64,000 nt of DNA. It comes from Candidatus Baldrarchaeota archaeon. GTDB lineage: Archaea; Asgardarchaeota; Baldrarchaeia; Baldrarchaeales; DXJG01. Below the pieces are notes generated by a model, which had not been told where the DNA came from, ran no database searches, and saw only the letters and a program-made list of their open reading frames with translations. A program made the position numbers and the translations under genes. Where the stretch lies: contig DXJG01000007.1 in the NCBI GenBank assembly GCA_019056805.1, positions 1,992 to 65,991 of the forward strand. The letters are read 5' to 3'. Below are positions 20,370 through 33,008 of this stretch, one piece after another. Every line of letters starts with the position of its first letter. Position 1 is the stretch's first letter.

Positions 20370-20981
20370 TTACTCATATTGTAGTTGTTTTAGTCTTTGA
20401 TGAAGTTTCGTGACTAATTTCTCTGCTTCTTCTAAATTGCCTTCTGAAACTTTTGTAAGTGCCTTTTCAATGTCATCGGTATGTTCATCCTGATTATAAC
20501 CTGAAATTTTTAAATGAAGTTGCGCACGTATACCTGATTTTCTGCAGTTTTCATTAATTAACTCAAGTATAGAAAGTTTTGATGATACTTCTCTTGCAAA
20601 CCTTAAGTCTTCAAGTAATAGGTCAAGAATCCTCTTGTATTCTGGAAGAATAAGAGCCTGTACTTGTTCAGAAGTAGCTTTTAAATCATCATTTATCATA
20701 TCAATGGTTTTTAGAATACCCATTATCGTGTTATACAGTTGCATTCGAACTTGAAACCATAGTTTTAACCTTTCTGTTAGATTTAAATACTCTTTAAAAT
20801 AGGTTTCCGCGGATGGAAAATAGGTTTCTAGATGCTTAGACCTCGTAGAGATATTATCCGGATATTCGCTTAAAACTGTTTCAACAATTTTCTTAATTAT
20901 ATCTGAAATATTTTTTAATAATTGACTCGGTGATTTTTTAGCCTGATCCAACGTCTTTCCCTCGCTCAAAACAATAACCAT
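20370..20981 (-). CDS. Hypothetical protein, predicted all-helical
   Basis: 203-aa ORF with ATG start; no recognisable motif. Confidence 0.55.
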   Translation of the reverse strand: MVIVLSEGKTLDQAKKSPSQLLKNISDIIKKIVETVLSEYPDNISTRSKHLETYFPSAETYFKEYLNLTERLKLWFQVRMQLYNTIMGILKTIDMINDDLKATSEQVQALILPEYKRILDLLLEDLRFAREVSSKLSILELINENCRKSGIRAQLHLKISGYNQDEHTDDIEKALTKVSEGNLEEAEKLVTKLHQRLKQLQYE

Positions 20982-21614
20982 GTATCTCTATGATCATATA
21001 TTGTTGTTACAACTACAACTACTAAGTTATGTCAATCTACCATATAAGCTTATTGATCATGAAGATAGGAAGTTCTACTACTAAAACTTCACAATTTTAC
21101 CTATAATACCAGAATTTCATTAAAATTCTTAGATAAAACAATTGACATCCTTAAACTGCCAAGAAAAACATAAAACACAAAAATAAGTGAACAAACTATT
21201 TATTGAAGTTTCGGATTCAAAAGTTGTTCTAAAAGCAATATTTCCAAGAACCAATAACTAGAGTTGTCTGCTTTTCAATCATAATTAAGATGTTTGAAAG
21301 AATTTAGAAAAACAATTTATTTGTTCCTTAATTTTGTTATATCTCGCCACAAAAACTAAATTTCATAATAATATTTGAATAGGGTGTGAATGTTTAATAC
21401 TAAAAGGGTTTTAGTTTCCTTAATATTTGTGATATCATTTATTGCTACCTCATTTCTAAATTTGGCGGTTGCAGCAGAAAATTCTTCTTTTATGGGAATC
21501 GAAGATAAACAAAAATATTTGCCAAAATATACTAGAATTATTCATTTTAGCGAGGTAGAGGTAATAGGTGCTGAGGTTGCTTTTCTTTACGCTGTTTGGA
21601 CAGTTGCAGAAATA

Positions 21615-22781
21615 TTAGATTGTTATAATTTCCTCTATTTTTATATTTCTTTTAGACAGTTCCTCTAAAATCGTTTTGAAAATTCTGTGGTCTGTTCCTA
21701 TTTTCTCTGGAGGAAATATCCCGGTTCCATTGATTTCTTTTTGACCGACTAATTGAGTTACAATAGATGCAATGTAGGATGTAGTACGTGCCATGGAAGT
21801 TATTTTTTCTTTTTCGTCATAGTAATCTATGAGATTATAGATGTATTCTACACTTCTTCCTCTTTCTTCTCCCACAATCTTTATTCTCATTACTGTAAGA
21901 TCCTTTTCTTCTCCTAGTTGAAGTCGAGGTGTTAAAAGTTTTGTTAGAAATTCTCTGGGAGGAATTTTTACGGATTTTATTTCTATCGGTTCTGTATCTA
22001 AGAGTCCACATTCTATTAGGGTTTTTATTTTTTGAACATGCCCGGGGTATCTTATTGTTTTTTCACACATCTCTTCTACATCTCTCAGGGAAGAAAACTC
22101 TCTATATGTAAATAGAAGTGAAGCTAAACCGTCCGTGTAAAAACATTCTAATCCGCCTATTTCTGATACGTACATTTCTTCAAGTCCAGAAAGTGCTTCA
22201 ACCTCTACTATTTTACCGTTTTTTACGATTCTGGCTTTTTCAGTATATTCTTGCCAGACACTTTCAAGGTTAAAAACAATTCTATACTCTAATGGTGGTT
22301 TAGGCTTCTGTGGAAGCCCACCAACCATGATTTTAACCATTTTTGCCTTTTCTAATCTACTAGCAACGTGACCTACTAACATATTGCTAAGTCCAGGAGC
22401 CACGCCACATCCTGGAACAATAATTATACCCTTTTCTTGTGCAATTTTATGTAGGGACATGTATTCGTCTTCAAAAGTTAAATCAACAACGTTAACTCCT
22501 TCATTCACTTCTGTTTTGAGCGCATGAAAACTTATTTCGTGTGGAAGAGCGTTAACGACAACGTCAACATTTTCACGTCTTAATAGATTGCTTAAAGCTG
22601 TTGAATTTGTTACATCAACTACAACGGTTGATAATTTATCGCTTTTAATTTTTTGAAGAACTTTTTCAACTTCTTCTTTAAATTTGCTAGTTAAAATAAC
22701 TTCTGAAACTATGTTACTTTTAACTAGGTCCATGGCCACTACAGATCCCATCATTCCAGCGCCTAATACCATTACTTTCAT
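21615..22781 (-). CDS. Saccharopine dehydrogenase-like NAD(P)-binding oxidoreductase
   Basis: N-terminal Rossmann motif MKVMVLGAGMMGSVVAMDL; overall length and pattern match saccharopine dehydrogenase / homospermidine synthase-like proteins. Start moved to the internal ATG (the track's 22802 start is a TTG). Confidence 0.8.
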   Translation of the reverse strand: MKVMVLGAGMMGSVVAMDLVKSNIVSEVILTSKFKEEVEKVLQKIKSDKLSTVVVDVTNSTALSNLLRRENVDVVVNALPHEISFHALKTEVNEGVNVVDLTFEDEYMSLHKIAQEKGIIIVPGCGVAPGLSNMLVGHVASRLEKAKMVKIMVGGLPQKPKPPLEYRIVFNLESVWQEYTEKARIVKNGKIVEVEALSGLEEMYVSEIGGLECFYTDGLASLLFTYREFSSLRDVEEMCEKTIRYPGHVQKIKTLIECGLLDTEPIEIKSVKIPPREFLTKLLTPRLQLGEEKDLTVMRIKIVGEERGRSVEYIYNLIDYYDEKEKITSMARTTSYIASIVTQLVGQKEINGTGIFPPEKIGTDHRIFKTILEELSKRNIKIEEIITI

Positions 22782-22906
22782 CTTGTTGTCCCCTTCCTCC
22801 AATAAGTAGGGTTTTGAATAATAATGTTAAGTCTCTATCTCGATATAAAAATAAATCACATTATTCTATAACAATATATTGTAACTTGAAGGGGAGAAGA
22901 TGATAA

Positions 22907-23614
22907 GTGAATATTAGTTTTAGGAAGATTGAAGATGTTCTACAGAACTTATCAGAGGTTGAAGAGGTCTTTAAAGAAATTAAAAGCGTAATTAAAGAAC
23001 TGGTCAACGTTAAAACGGAAAATGAACAATTAAAAGGCGAAATAGTCAATTTAAAAGCCGAGTTAAGAATATTGAAAGAGAAATCACATAAACTTGAGAA
23101 AGAAAACACGGAGTTAAAAAACACTTTAGAAACAAGAGAAAATGAAATAAACCAATTAAATGAAGCAATTTCCTCTTTAACAAGTGAAAATAAGAAGCTT
23201 AAAGAGGATTTAGAGATTGCTGAGAAAAAATTCTCAGAATTAGATGAGTATAAAGAAAGAACTGAGGAAGAAAACAAAAAATTGAAAAACGAATTAGATA
23301 AGATTTCTGAACAGTTTGAGAAGATATCTCAAATGTATAGGGAGATTGCTGGTGAAAGAGAAAGAGTTGAAGACATAAAAGAACTTTTAACAATATATGT
23401 AACGTTGCTTGAGACTGTTTTTGCAGGTATGCCTCATGCAAAAGTACTGTGGTTGTTACATGGGGTTCCAAAAATGAAAAGAAGTGAAATAACGAAAACA
23501 GCGGGATTTAAGCCTGCAATCATACTTAAAAGCATACATGACTTGGAAAGAGCAAAACTAGTTGAATATGAGAGAGAAAAAGATGAAGTACGCATACTAA
23601 GAAGACTATACTAA
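22907..23614 (+). CDS. Coiled-coil protein with C-terminal winged-helix-like domain
   Basis: About 150 aa of heptad-rich E/K/L sequence (ENEQLKGEIVNLKAELRILKEKSHKLEKENTELKN...) followed by a ~70-aa globular tail (KVLWLLHGVPKMKRSEITKTAGFKPAIILKSIHDLERAKLVEY). Confidence 0.6.
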   Translation: MNISFRKIEDVLQNLSEVEEVFKEIKSVIKELVNVKTENEQLKGEIVNLKAELRILKEKSHKLEKENTELKNTLETRENEINQLNEAISSLTSENKKLKEDLEIAEKKFSELDEYKERTEEENKKLKNELDKISEQFEKISQMYREIAGERERVEDIKELLTIYVTLLETVFAGMPHAKVLWLLHGVPKMKRSEITKTAGFKPAIILKSIHDLERAKLVEYEREKDEVRILRRLY

Positions 23615-23743
23615 TGTCTCAACTATTAACATTGATCGTATTCTAAATTGGCAGTAAAGAAAACTAAGTAAATGAAGTTCCTAAACAGCCAAGATAATTT
23701 TACGTTTTTATAAGTTGCTTATTCCTGGCGAATCTCGACGATT

Positions 23744-23971
23744 TTAAATTTCAAATGTACCCGGTACATCAGGATGTGGTGGGATTCTAGGTTTTCCCGG
23801 TTTCCCAGGTTTTATCGGTGGTGTTGGTCTCTTAATTCTAGCAAGGTCTAATTCAAACTTTGTTGAACATTGAGCACAGTAGATTTCACCGTTTACTGTA
23901 ACTTTGAAAAGTTCACTTCCACATTTAAAGCATTTAGCCCATTCCAACAAACTCACCAACAAACATAACAT
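23744..23971 (-). CDS. Small zinc-ribbon protein with Pro-rich tail
   Basis: CFKCGS...CAQCS pairs of cysteines; C-terminal PPIKPGKPGKPRIPPHPDVPG. Directly downstream of the ChlI/ChlD-like gene on the same strand. Confidence 0.55.
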   Translation of the reverse strand: MLCLLVSLLEWAKCFKCGSELFKVTVNGEIYCAQCSTKFELDLARIKRPTPPIKPGKPGKPRIPPHPDVPGTFEI

Positions 23972-24058
23972 GCACCGACATAAAAATCTATCTGAAAAAA
24001 CTAAAGTAAAAACAAAGTAATTGTAAAATCAATATGTGAAAACTTGGATTATATGGTT

Positions 24059-26398
24059 TTAGAGGCCTTTATCTAACATATTAAGGATAGAAGTTCTAAC
24101 ATTTACCAGAGTTCTCTCATTTATGTCACATTCAAAATAAGTTCCATTAGCTGCCTGAACAATTTTCCAAGCAAACATAGAAGAAATATTTTTGAATATT
24201 CCCCCACCAGCGACAGGATTAATTAATATGAATGGTATTTGCTCTCTTCTAATAATTTTAGCAACTTCTATAGCGTCTTTAAGAGCTGTCACCGACTTAC
24301 CCCATCTAAGTTTTCTTAAGGGTACATTTGCAGCTGCATCAGAAATAACTATTATAGCTGGTATAACCTCCCTATCTCTAATCTTCTCTTCCTTTGCAAC
24401 TTCTAAAGCTCTAAGCATTCCCAAGGCAAGAGGCGTATACCCACTTGCTTTCAATCTCATAATTAGATCGATAATTTTCCTGAAATTTGACGTTGGACGT
24501 TGAAGAACATAAGCAGAATCTCCTCTAAAGACAATGAGTCCAACTTTATCTCTATGTCTATAAGCTTCCCCGTAAAGAGATATTACAGCATTGCCTACAG
24601 CGTCTTGCCAAGCGGCCATAGACCCGCTCATGTCTAAAACAAGGATAAGGGATAAGGGAGCCTTATATACCCTGACTTTCTCTCTAATATCTCGAGGTAA
24701 AACCTTGATTGCTAATTGTCCATGAGAACTGTTTTTCATAAGTATTCCCTGAGTTACTGCTGCGGATCTAATTGTGGCAGGCCAATGAATATCTACGTGA
24801 TCTAATTGTCGAGGGACTGTGTAACTAATACATTTGCCTTTATGTCTAGTTGTTAATGTTAAAACACGTTTTCCCACAGCTTTTCTAGTAAGTTGGACAT
24901 CTTGCTTACTGGGCTTTATTCTAACAATTTTCCTGAAAAATCCCTTAATTTTTTCAGGTAATGGTAGAGAACCATCAAATAAACTGGAATCCAAATAAGA
25001 TCTGGAATATATAGTTAAAGGAAGTATTTCGATTCCTTTAGTCTTCTTTTTCTTCCCTCTTTTTATTTTAATAAAGTCTACTATTTTTATTAAATGAGAT
25101 TTCACTTTACTAAAAGGTTTTTTCCGATATTTAGAGTAAACAATCTCGTTAATAACATCGTCTTTGATAGGACCCTTTTTACTTTTAAGTGAAAAAGGTT
25201 TTCCTTTCTTTTCAGATTTTCCCTCCATGAGTATAAATCTTTTCTTTTTCTTAGTTTCGTTATTTTTCAATTTTTTTGGATTTACTTTTTTACTTTTGGT
25301 TTTCCCCTTAATTTCTTCAATAGGTTTAATTTCGGTTTTTATTTCTTTTTTAACGGTCTGTAAGGCATTTTTAAAGGCTTCATCTATTTCTCTTGGCGTT
25401 GCAGGTTCTTCTCGACCCTTATTTCGTGTTCTGTGACTTAATGCAAGTCTAGCAGCTATCCTGATATCTTCAGGAATAACTTCAGTTCTTTCATGAAAAG
25501 CTGCAATAGCTTTAGCTGCTTCACAAATTACAATATCTGGTCTATGACCATCAACGTTTAAAGTAAGTGAAATTTTCGCGGCAACATACATTAACCATTC
25601 CGAAATCTTGACTTTTGGAAGAATTTCTCTAGCTCGTATAATTTTTTCTCTAAGTTCTTTTTGAAATGGTTCCCATTTTTTCCTAAATTCTTTAGGATTT
25701 TCTTTAAACTCTAAATTACGCTTGATAATTTCAACTCTTTCATGAATATCCTTAATGCTTTCAATTTTTACATGTAAAGCAAATCTATCGAGGAGTTGTG
25801 GTCTTAATGAACCTTCTTCTGGGTTCATTGTACCAACTAAAATGAATTTTGAGGGATGTGACACTGATATGCCTTCACGTTCAACAATGTTGACTCCCAT
25901 TGCAGCAGCATCAAGCAAATCGTCCACTAAATGATCAGGTAGCAAATTTACTTCATCAACATAAAGAATGTTTTGATTTGCTTCTGCAAGAATACCTGGT
26001 TCTAAAGCTTTAACTCCCTCCTTTATAGCTCTCTCAATGTCCAAGGAACCTACTAGACGATCCTCTGTTGCACCTAAAGGCAATGTCACGACCTTCATCT
26101 TTCTTTTGACGACAGGTAGTTTGTCACCTGATTCGTATCTTTTTCTACATTCTTCACACATAGCAGAGGGATCGTGAGGATTACAGTCAAAGGGACAATC
26201 TGCAACAACCTCAACTTCTGGAAGTAAGTCTGCAAGTGCCCTAACAGCTGTACTTTTTCCAGAACCCTTTTCGCCAGAAATTAGCACACCACCAATGGCT
26301 GGATTAATAGCATTTAGAATCAAAGCTAGTTTAAGTTCCTCTTGACCGACAATAGCTACGAAAGGGAAAACAAAGTCCTCAAACAAGCTACACGTCAC
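24059..26398 (-). CDS. ChlI/ChlD-family AAA+ ATPase fused to a C-terminal von Willebrand factor A domain (Mg-chelatase-like)
   Basis: N-terminus [50 protein letters not shown] matches ChlI/BchI including Walker A; Cys-rich insert CPFDCNPHD...CEEC; Lys-rich linker; C-terminal VWA with MIDAS motif [12 protein letters not shown] start. Confidence 0.9.
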   Translation of the reverse strand: MTCSLFEDFVFPFVAIVGQEELKLALILNAINPAIGGVLISGEKGSGKSTAVRALADLLPEVEVVADCPFDCNPHDPSAMCEECRKRYESGDKLPVVKRKMKVVTLPLGATEDRLVGSLDIERAIKEGVKALEPGILAEANQNILYVDEVNLLPDHLVDDLLDAAAMGVNIVEREGISVSHPSKFILVGTMNPEEGSLRPQLLDRFALHVKIESIKDIHERVEIIKRNLEFKENPKEFRKKWEPFQKELREKIIRAREILPKVKISEWLMYVAAKISLTLNVDGHRPDIVICEAAKAIAAFHERTEVIPEDIRIAARLALSHRTRNKGREEPATPREIDEAFKNALQTVKKEIKTEIKPIEEIKGKTKSKKVNPKKLKNNETKKKKRFILMEGKSEKKGKPFSLKSKKGPIKDDVINEIVYSKYRKKPFSKVKSHLIKIVDFIKIKRGKKKKTKGIEILPLTIYSRSYLDSSLFDGSLPLPEKIKGFFRKIVRIKPSKQDVQLTRKAVGKRVLTLTTRHKGKCISYTVPRQLDHVDIHWPATIRSAAVTQGILMKNSSHGQLAIKVLPRDIREKVRVYKAPLSLILVLDMSGSMAAWQDAVGNAVISLYGEAYRHRDKVGLIVFRGDSAYVLQRPTSNFRKIIDLIMRLKASGYTPLALGMLRALEVAKEEKIRDREVIPAIIVISDAAANVPLRKLRWGKSVTALKDAIEVAKIIRREQIPFILINPVAGGGIFKNISSMFAWKIVQAANGTYFECDINERTLVNVRTSILNMLDKGL

Positions 26399-26656
26399 CT
26401 GTCATATAGCTCGTTATACTGTTAGCTGATTATGATCATGACAAAACACATTATATTTCTTTCCTAGTATTAGAGTTTCCAATCAAAACCTTGACTACTA
26501 TTTTGTTTTCAGATTTACATATATTTCTAAAATTATTGAAATGTTTACTCTCAAGAAGAAAAACTGTGTTAATGTAAAAGATTAAGGGTGTATAATGGGT
26601 GGATAAGTATTCTCATAATCAGTTTGTTAGTACTAGAATTCGGTGCAGTGTTGTAC

Positions 26657-27439
26657 TTAAAGCAGTTTCAGAATCATTGCTATAATGAATGGAGAATTCG
26701 CACAAAAATGTATGATACACCCTGGCAGTATGGATTTTGTTCTAAATCTTATTTCCCCAAGGAAAATGCCTGTAATAGATGCACCTAAGATAGTTGTCCA
26801 AAGTTTGCTGTAAACCTTGAATATGTTTTCGTTAAAATAGATTAGTATAATTGGAGTTGGGAGATGCCATAAACCGAAAGAAATCCCTGTGAAAATCGAT
26901 GCAACAGATATTTGGAAACCATGTAAATTTAATGTTTCAGAGTGGAAAGTTTCTTGGCTCCTTTTGAATAAATATCCTCTAAAAAGAAGTTCTTCAAACA
27001 CGGGGCCAAATGTAAGAGTGAAAATAGCTGTAATAAGTAGTCTTGTTAAGGTTACTTCTCCCTTTATTTCTGTCGGAAAGAAAAACTCAATAGTTAAAGC
27101 TACAAGGTAAAAGAAAAAGATGAAGATAAAAATCGCTTTCCATTGCTTTGAGGAGACAGTTTTAGTAGTTAGTCCCAAATCCTCTGCATTATAACTAAAG
27201 AAAAATTGGCTGTTTATCCAGATCCAAAATAATAAGAGAATTACTAGAAAAACGCCAACCTTGGCTATTGATTTTGCATATGTAGTTGTAGCGAAGTAAC
27301 TAGAAGCATTAAAGGCTATCAAAATTAGTAGTGTTTCGCAAATTAAAATCAATGTGGCAAAATTTTTCGACGTTGTGTCATGATTCTGACCTTTAGGGCT
27401 GGATGTTACCTTTCCCGCTTTACTGTCTTCGAGAGACAT
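26657..27439 (-). CDS. CPBP-family intramembrane metalloprotease (CAAX protease / Abi-like)
   Basis: Multi-TM protein with the family signatures EELLFRG (motif 1), FGLWH (motif 2) and a C-terminal HFxxN-type motif (IHFCAN). Confidence 0.8.
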   Translation of the reverse strand: MSLEDSKAGKVTSSPKGQNHDTTSKNFATLILICETLLILIAFNASSYFATTTYAKSIAKVGVFLVILLLFWIWINSQFFFSYNAEDLGLTTKTVSSKQWKAIFIFIFFFYLVALTIEFFFPTEIKGEVTLTRLLITAIFTLTFGPVFEELLFRGYLFKRSQETFHSETLNLHGFQISVASIFTGISFGLWHLPTPIILIYFNENIFKVYSKLWTTILGASITGIFLGEIRFRTKSILPGCIIHFCANSPFIIAMILKLL

Positions 27440-27451
27440 TGGAAACCGCTC

Positions 27452-27862
27452 TCATCTACTTTCATCTAAGGCTTCTCTTATTGTTCTCTCTCTTTCAAGG
27501 ATATATTTTCTATATTTTTCATCTTTTTGCAATATTTTTCTAGTCGCCATTTTATCTATAAGATGAATCAGTAGGTCTTGGTAGGTTTTAGTACTAAAGG
27601 TCATTCCCCTCACTCTTTGTTCGATTTTTATTAGTCCCATTTCCTCTAGGTTTTTTATCGCAATATCTATCATTTTGGGGTTTATTATTTCGGGTTCTCC
27701 AAGAGTTTTATAGAACTTAATTAAATCTTGAGAAATTTCTGTTTTCCATAAAACTCCATGAAACACTGACAAAATTCTTAGTATGTCGAGCATTAGGCTT
27801 GAAACATCATCTTCACTAGCTTTAATAAAAAGATTTGAAACTTTTTCTTCTATTTCTGACAA
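27452..27862 (-). CDS. Hypothetical protein, possible winged-helix DNA-binding protein
   Basis: 136-aa ORF immediately upstream of and co-directional with the CPBP protease gene (12-nt gap); start codon uncertain (TTG). Confidence 0.5.
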   Translation of the reverse strand: MSEIEEKVSNLFIKASEDDVSSLMLDILRILSVFHGVLWKTEISQDLIKFYKTLGEPEIINPKMIDIAIKNLEEMGLIKIEQRVRGMTFSTKTYQDLLIHLIDKMATRKILQKDEKYRKYILERERTIREALDESR

Positions 27863-27953
27863 TTTTTCCTCCTCACATTAAACGATTATATAAGTTTATT
27901 TTAACGGTTTAGGTTTTAAATGTTTATAAACAATGTACATGTAAGATTTAGAG

Positions 27954-28496
27954 GTGATAAGCATGCCTATTTATAAACTTGGAAATAAGATTCCGAAAAT
28001 TAGTGAATCTGCCTATGTTCATCCTGATGCCGTAATTATTGGGGATGTAGAAATTGGAGAGAGGGTTTTTATAGCGCCCGGTGCTGTACTGCGTGGAGAT
28101 AATAACAAAATTATAATTGGAGACTACTCAAATGTCCAGGATAATGCTGTGATCCACACTGAGCCAGAATTTGAAACTATAATTGGAAGATATGTGAATA
28201 TTGGACATGGAGCAATGATACATGCTCATATAATCGAGGATTATGCAGCAATAGGAATGAATGCAGTATTAGACTATAGGAGTATAATTAGGAGAGGAGC
28301 AATTGTAGGAAACGGCGCCGTTGTACCGGGATTTAAAGAGGTTCCAGAGAATACCATAGTGGTTGGAATACCAGCAAAGCCGTTGAGAAAAGTAGAGGGA
28401 AAAGATGATCCAGCTAGAAAAAGAATAGACGGTTTTCTAAGTCGATATAGAAAATTTACAACGCTTTATCGTGAAGAACTTCAAAGAATAGAATAG
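27954..28496 (+). CDS. Gamma-class carbonic anhydrase-like hexapeptide-repeat protein
   Basis: Left-handed beta-helix hexapeptide repeats (AYVHPDAVIIGDVEIGERVFIAPGAVLRGD...) and spaced His residues typical of the gamma-CA/YrdA/PaaY family. Confidence 0.88.
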   Translation: MISMPIYKLGNKIPKISESAYVHPDAVIIGDVEIGERVFIAPGAVLRGDNNKIIIGDYSNVQDNAVIHTEPEFETIIGRYVNIGHGAMIHAHIIEDYAAIGMNAVLDYRSIIRRGAIVGNGAVVPGFKEVPENTIVVGIPAKPLRKVEGKDDPARKRIDGFLSRYRKFTTLYREELQRIE

Positions 28497-28581
28497 TCTC
28501 ATGTAAATATCCTTGATTTATCATTCCATTAGTTCTTCAATTTTCATTTATTTGTTAGTTAGGATGTTTTGAGTTATTTGA

Positions 28582-30891
<2,310 letters not shown>

Positions 30892-30954
30892 CAATAATTT
30901 TCTTCACATCATGGATTTTAATGATTAAAATCTTTATGCAAGTAGCAATGAAGT

Positions 30955-31653
30955 TTATTTTGTGGTGTCTAGTTTTTTGGAGAGTTCTTCTATGGTTATT
31001 GGAAGTGCGTATTCAAATGTACATGCTTTTGCTGAATTAATCTGGCATTCCACTTCTTCTGATTTAACTACAGGTACTCCTAGGTATTCGAGTGACCCTA
31101 ATATGAAACCGTTTACAAATTCACATACTTTTTTATTTTCTGGTTTTCCATCGCAAGGACAATTCGCAACTGAAATAGTTATTTTTCGATCTGTTGGTTT
31201 AAATTTTTCCACTCTATAACTTAATCTTGGCAACATAGTGGGAACAAATATACCTAGTACATATTCGAATTCAATAGGTTTACTTTCTCCTTTAAGTTGC
31301 ATATCTTGATATTTAGAGCATAGTTTTCCCAGTTTATATCCGATTTCAAAAGGTGAGGGCAAGTGTTTTTTCTCAAGAAACTCATCTAATACTTTGATGA
31401 GGCTTTGTATAAGGAATCTTGCTATGTCGGTTTTTCTATATTTGAAGGTTGTACGAAGAAGCCAGAAAGTATATTTTCCTATATTTCTACTAACAACAAG
31501 TCCGGCTTTTTCCAGTTCTGGCATATATTTTGCGATCGTATTACGATGTCTCTTTGTAACTTCGGATATTTCCTCGATTGTCATGCCCCACACGGTTCCT
31601 TCTAAGGCATTTAAGATCTCTTCAACTATTTTTTTATTTAGTTTCTTGATCAA
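30955..31653 (-). CDS. HTH-type transcriptional regulator with C-terminal Cys-rich V4R-like ligand-binding domain
   Basis: N-terminal winged-helix pattern (MTIEEISEVTKRHRNTIAKYMPELEKAGLVVS); C-terminal CPCDGKPENKKVCEF...ECQINSAKAC. V4R assignment is tentative. Confidence 0.7.
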   Translation of the reverse strand: MIKKLNKKIVEEILNALEGTVWGMTIEEISEVTKRHRNTIAKYMPELEKAGLVVSRNIGKYTFWLLRTTFKYRKTDIARFLIQSLIKVLDEFLEKKHLPSPFEIGYKLGKLCSKYQDMQLKGESKPIEFEYVLGIFVPTMLPRLSYRVEKFKPTDRKITISVANCPCDGKPENKKVCEFVNGFILGSLEYLGVPVVKSEEVECQINSAKACTFEYALPITIEELSKKLDTTK

Positions 31654-31736
31654 CTCTGGTACTCACCTTTGGCACTGCTTTGACTGATACTCTCCTACTC
31701 TTTCATCTAAGTTAATAATCATTACCATATATAAAA

Positions 31737-31784
31737 ATGTGCATTAATGCACATAAAGTTTATATGTGCATTAATGCACATATA
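31737..31784. promoter_or_regulatory. Two copies of a perfect palindrome ATGTGCATTAATGCACAT (second copy extended to 24 bp TATATGTGCATTAATGCACATATA), centres 27 bp apart
   Basis: Read directly from the sequence; lies between the divergently transcribed regulator gene (start 31653) and the ABC operon (start 31887). Candidate operator pair. Confidence 0.6.
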
Positions 31785-31886
31785 CATGTAGTTACCTATA
31801 CACTAATCAAGATCCTAGTACTACGGGTGGAAACCGTGGGACAAAAGAACCCCTCAGACAGTAATAAGCAAGGAAAACCGGTTCAT

Positions 31887-33008
31887 ATGATCTCCATTGC
31901 TGGCGAAATCTTCGAAACAAAAGTATTAGCAGTAATTCTACCAATGTTTGCAATAATGGAGAGTTTGAGTTTTCTAGGAAACTTTTACACAGTTACATCT
32001 ATCTTTCAGACACCTCTCAACTACGTTACAAGCATTATCGTAATTTTCTTCAGTCTTCTAGGCACATATGGAACAGTCAAGAAAAATAGGTTTTTGCTTC
32101 ATCTATCATTACTAGCACCCATCACGATTATAATTTCTACAATTCAATTTCTAATTATTTCTAAAACTTCCCTGCAAACTATTTACCTGATATCTGGAAT
32201 TTCTGTTTTAGGAATAAGCTTACTTTGCCTTTACACTTCTTATAGAACCTTATCCTATTTACAAACTTTACAATCTTCCATCTCAGAAACACGAGAGAGG
32301 ATAAAAAGTGAGTATACGGTGGAACTTATTGATGTGGTAAAAATATACAAGATAGGGCCAATTGAGGTTCCAGCATTAAACGGTGTGAATCTTAAAATTA
32401 AGAAAAGAGAGTTTGTAGCAATAATGGGTCCTTCAGGTTCGGGTAAATCAACTCTTCTACATATAATTGGTGCATTAGATCGACCTACTTCAGGCAAAGT
32501 TATCATTGATGGAGTAGATATTTCCACCCTCAGCAATGATGAACTTGCAAAACTGCGTAATAAAAAAATTGGCTTTGTTTTTCAAGCATACAACCTAATT
32601 AACAGATCTACAGTGCTTAGAAACGTTGAGTTACCTGCACTTATAGGAGGAACGTCTAAAAAAGAGCGTATAAAGAAGGCTATTAAACTACTTGAGACCT
32701 TAGGGCTGAGTGATACTATTTATAGGAAACCTAAGACATTAAGTGGCGGTCAACAACAGCGTGTGGCTATTGCTAGAGCAGTAATCAATGATCCAGAAAT
32801 CATTTTGGCTGATGAACCTACTGGAAACCTTGACTCTAAATCAGGTAGAGAAGTTATGATGTATTTAAGAAAAATGAATAGAGAATTAGGAACAACCATA
32901 ATTGTTGTTACCCATGATAGAGAAATTGCTGAGATGACTGATAGAATAATTCACATTCGAGATGGAAAAATCATTGGAGAAGAGGTTTTAAGGAGGAAAG
33001 AAACATGA
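31887..33008 (+). CDS. ABC transporter ATP-binding protein (MacB/LolD-like) with an N-terminal four-helix membrane segment
   Basis: Walker A GPSGSGKSTLL, Q-loop, signature LSGGQQQRVAIARA, Walker B ILADEPTGNLD. Start set at the first ATG after the palindrome region; an in-frame GTG further downstream would give a conventional ATPase without the membrane segment. Confidence 0.85.
   Translation: MISIAGEIFETKVLAVILPMFAIMESLSFLGNFYTVTSIFQTPLNYVTSIIVIFFSLLGTYGTVKKNRFLLHLSLLAPITIIISTIQFLIISKTSLQTIYLISGISVLGISLLCLYTSYRTLSYLQTLQSSISETRERIKSEYTVELIDVVKIYKIGPIEVPALNGVNLKIKKREFVAIMGPSGSGKSTLLHIIGALDRPTSGKVIIDGVDISTLSNDELAKLRNKKIGFVFQAYNLINRSTVLRNVELPALIGGTSKKERIKKAIKLLETLGLSDTIYRKPKTLSGGQQQRVAIARAVINDPEIILADEPTGNLDSKSGREVMMYLRKMNRELGTTIIVVTHDREIAEMTDRIIHIRDGKIIGEEVLRRKET

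Noticed and set aside
21390-21668. 92-aa ORF with an N-terminal hydrophobic segment
   Set aside because: Overlaps the 3' end of the convergent saccharopine-dehydrogenase-like gene by ~50 nt and lies in AT-rich sequence; could be a real small secreted protein but there is no supporting evidence.
24192-25436. Plus-strand ORFs 24192..24503 and 25164..25436
   Set aside because: Antisense to the ChlI/ChlD-like gene; hydrophobic, low-complexity translations.
31737-31886. ORF-track start at 31737 (MCINAHKVYMCINAH...) for the ABC ATPase gene
   Set aside because: The first 16 codons are simply the translation of two palindromic operator-like repeats; a more plausible start is the ATG at 31887 (or an internal GTG).
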